DNA from: Mobula hypostoma
Lineage: Eukaryota
Direction of reading: 5' to 3'
NCBI RefSeq assembly: GCF_963921235.1
Contig: NC_086097.1
Span: 56,732,001-56,796,000 of the forward strand
Length of the DNA: 64,000 bases
Made by a program: the position numbers and the translations under genes. Below, piece after piece: positions 62,975-64,000 of the stretch. Positions within the stretch are counted from its first letter, which is position 1. Every line of letters begins with the position of its first letter. The notes beneath the pieces were generated by a model. That model worked only from the letters and a program-made list of their open reading frames with translations. It was not told the origin of the DNA and ran no database searches.

Positions 62975-64000
62975 AACACTGCCACTGCCTTTATTTCAAA
63001 ATGCCCTGGCATATTAGAATGTTCCACACTGAATTCATTATCGTCCATGACTTTACCCTTGATAAATACTGATGCAAAGTACTCATTTAGAACCTCACCC
63101 ACATCCTCCACCTCCAATGATCCCTCCAGTGGTCCTTCCCTCTCCCTAGTTATCCTCATGCTCCTGATATATGTGTAGAATGCCCAAGAATTTTCTGTCA
63201 TCCTATTTGCTAAGGACTTTTCATGGACCCTCCAAATTCCTTTCTTGAGTTCTTTCCAGTTTCTTTATAATCCTCAAAGGCTCTACTTGATTTTTAGCTT
63301 CCCAAACTTTACTTGTGCTTCATTTACCCTTCTTGACTAAATTTACCGCCTCTCTTGACATCCAAGGTTCTCTTACCTTCTTACCTTGCCATCCATGTCC
63401 CTCCTTCTTATGGACCATTCCTGTCCTGTACACTGTGCAGTTGGTCTGTAGACACCCTCTATGTGTCAGATGTGGACTTGCCTCAAAAATAGCTGTTCCC
63501 AATTATCTCTCCCTGGTACTTGCCTAATACTCTTGTAAATGTTCTCCCACTGGAAGATCAGTCACCTGGCCAGGCTCATTACCCAACCCCTTGTCCAGAA
63601 TGGCCTCTCCTTGTGTTGAATTATCTACACCTTGATTGAAGAAGCCCTCCTGGATGCGCAAACAAATTCTGTCCTATTTAACCCTCTCGCACTAAGGAGG
63701 CCCAGTCTATATTAGATAAGTTGAATTCACCCAAAACATCTGTCTGTATATTTATTCCTCAACGTCCTGGTGGCTATTAAGGGGTTCTGTAGTATAAGCC
63801 CATCAGAGTGATTGCGTTTTCCTTATTTTTGAGTATTATCCATTATATCTTCGTGAAGTACGCCTGTGATATTGTCCCTGTTTAATGGTGCAATCCCTTC
63901 CTGGCCTTTACCTCCCTCTCCATCTTTTCTGAAACACTGAAACCCTAGGATTTTAAATATCCATTCCAGTCCCTCTCTTAAACAAGTCTCTGTAATGGCC
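62975..64000 (-). mobile_element. CR1 LINE APE and linker fragment, same subfamily as 11317-14435
   Basis: AFYTYIRSMRITRER.GPL...VLNEYFASVF; EPWMSREAVNLVKK. Confidence 0.85.

Noticed and set aside
62053..63017. Many ORFs up to 279 aa, and CRISPR-like periodicity
   Set aside because: A stop-free 51-bp tandem unit explains the ORFs. There are no unique spacers and the DNA is eukaryotic.

Overview
Repeat-rich vertebrate genomic DNA, most likely from a cartilaginous fish (shark or ray; inferred from the repeat landscape). One host gene is recognisable on the minus strand: an ARMH4 (C14orf37)-like mucin-type protein. It has a probable non-coding first exon in a CpG-rich patch near 54.8-55.0 kb and four phase-1 coding exons (44180-42983, 32937-32671, 32156-31884, 23551-23327). 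The transmembrane and cytoplasmic exons were not found and probably lie left of the window. Most of the rest is decayed mobile DNA: many CR1 LINEs (several nested, one keeping an ORF1 SGNH-esterase region), Rex1/Babar-type LINEs, an internally deleted Tigger, a Tc1 remnant, a hAT MITE, a bipartite RTE derivative and a young 51-bp minisatellite. The most notable elements are three fold-back Penelope-like insertions with 14-15 bp target-site duplications. They carry minimal hammerhead-ribozyme motifs, and one lies about 64 bp from the acceptor of the main coding exon. All family assignments come from recognising motifs by eye; no database search was run. Repeat boundaries are approximate unless a TSD or TIR is quoted.
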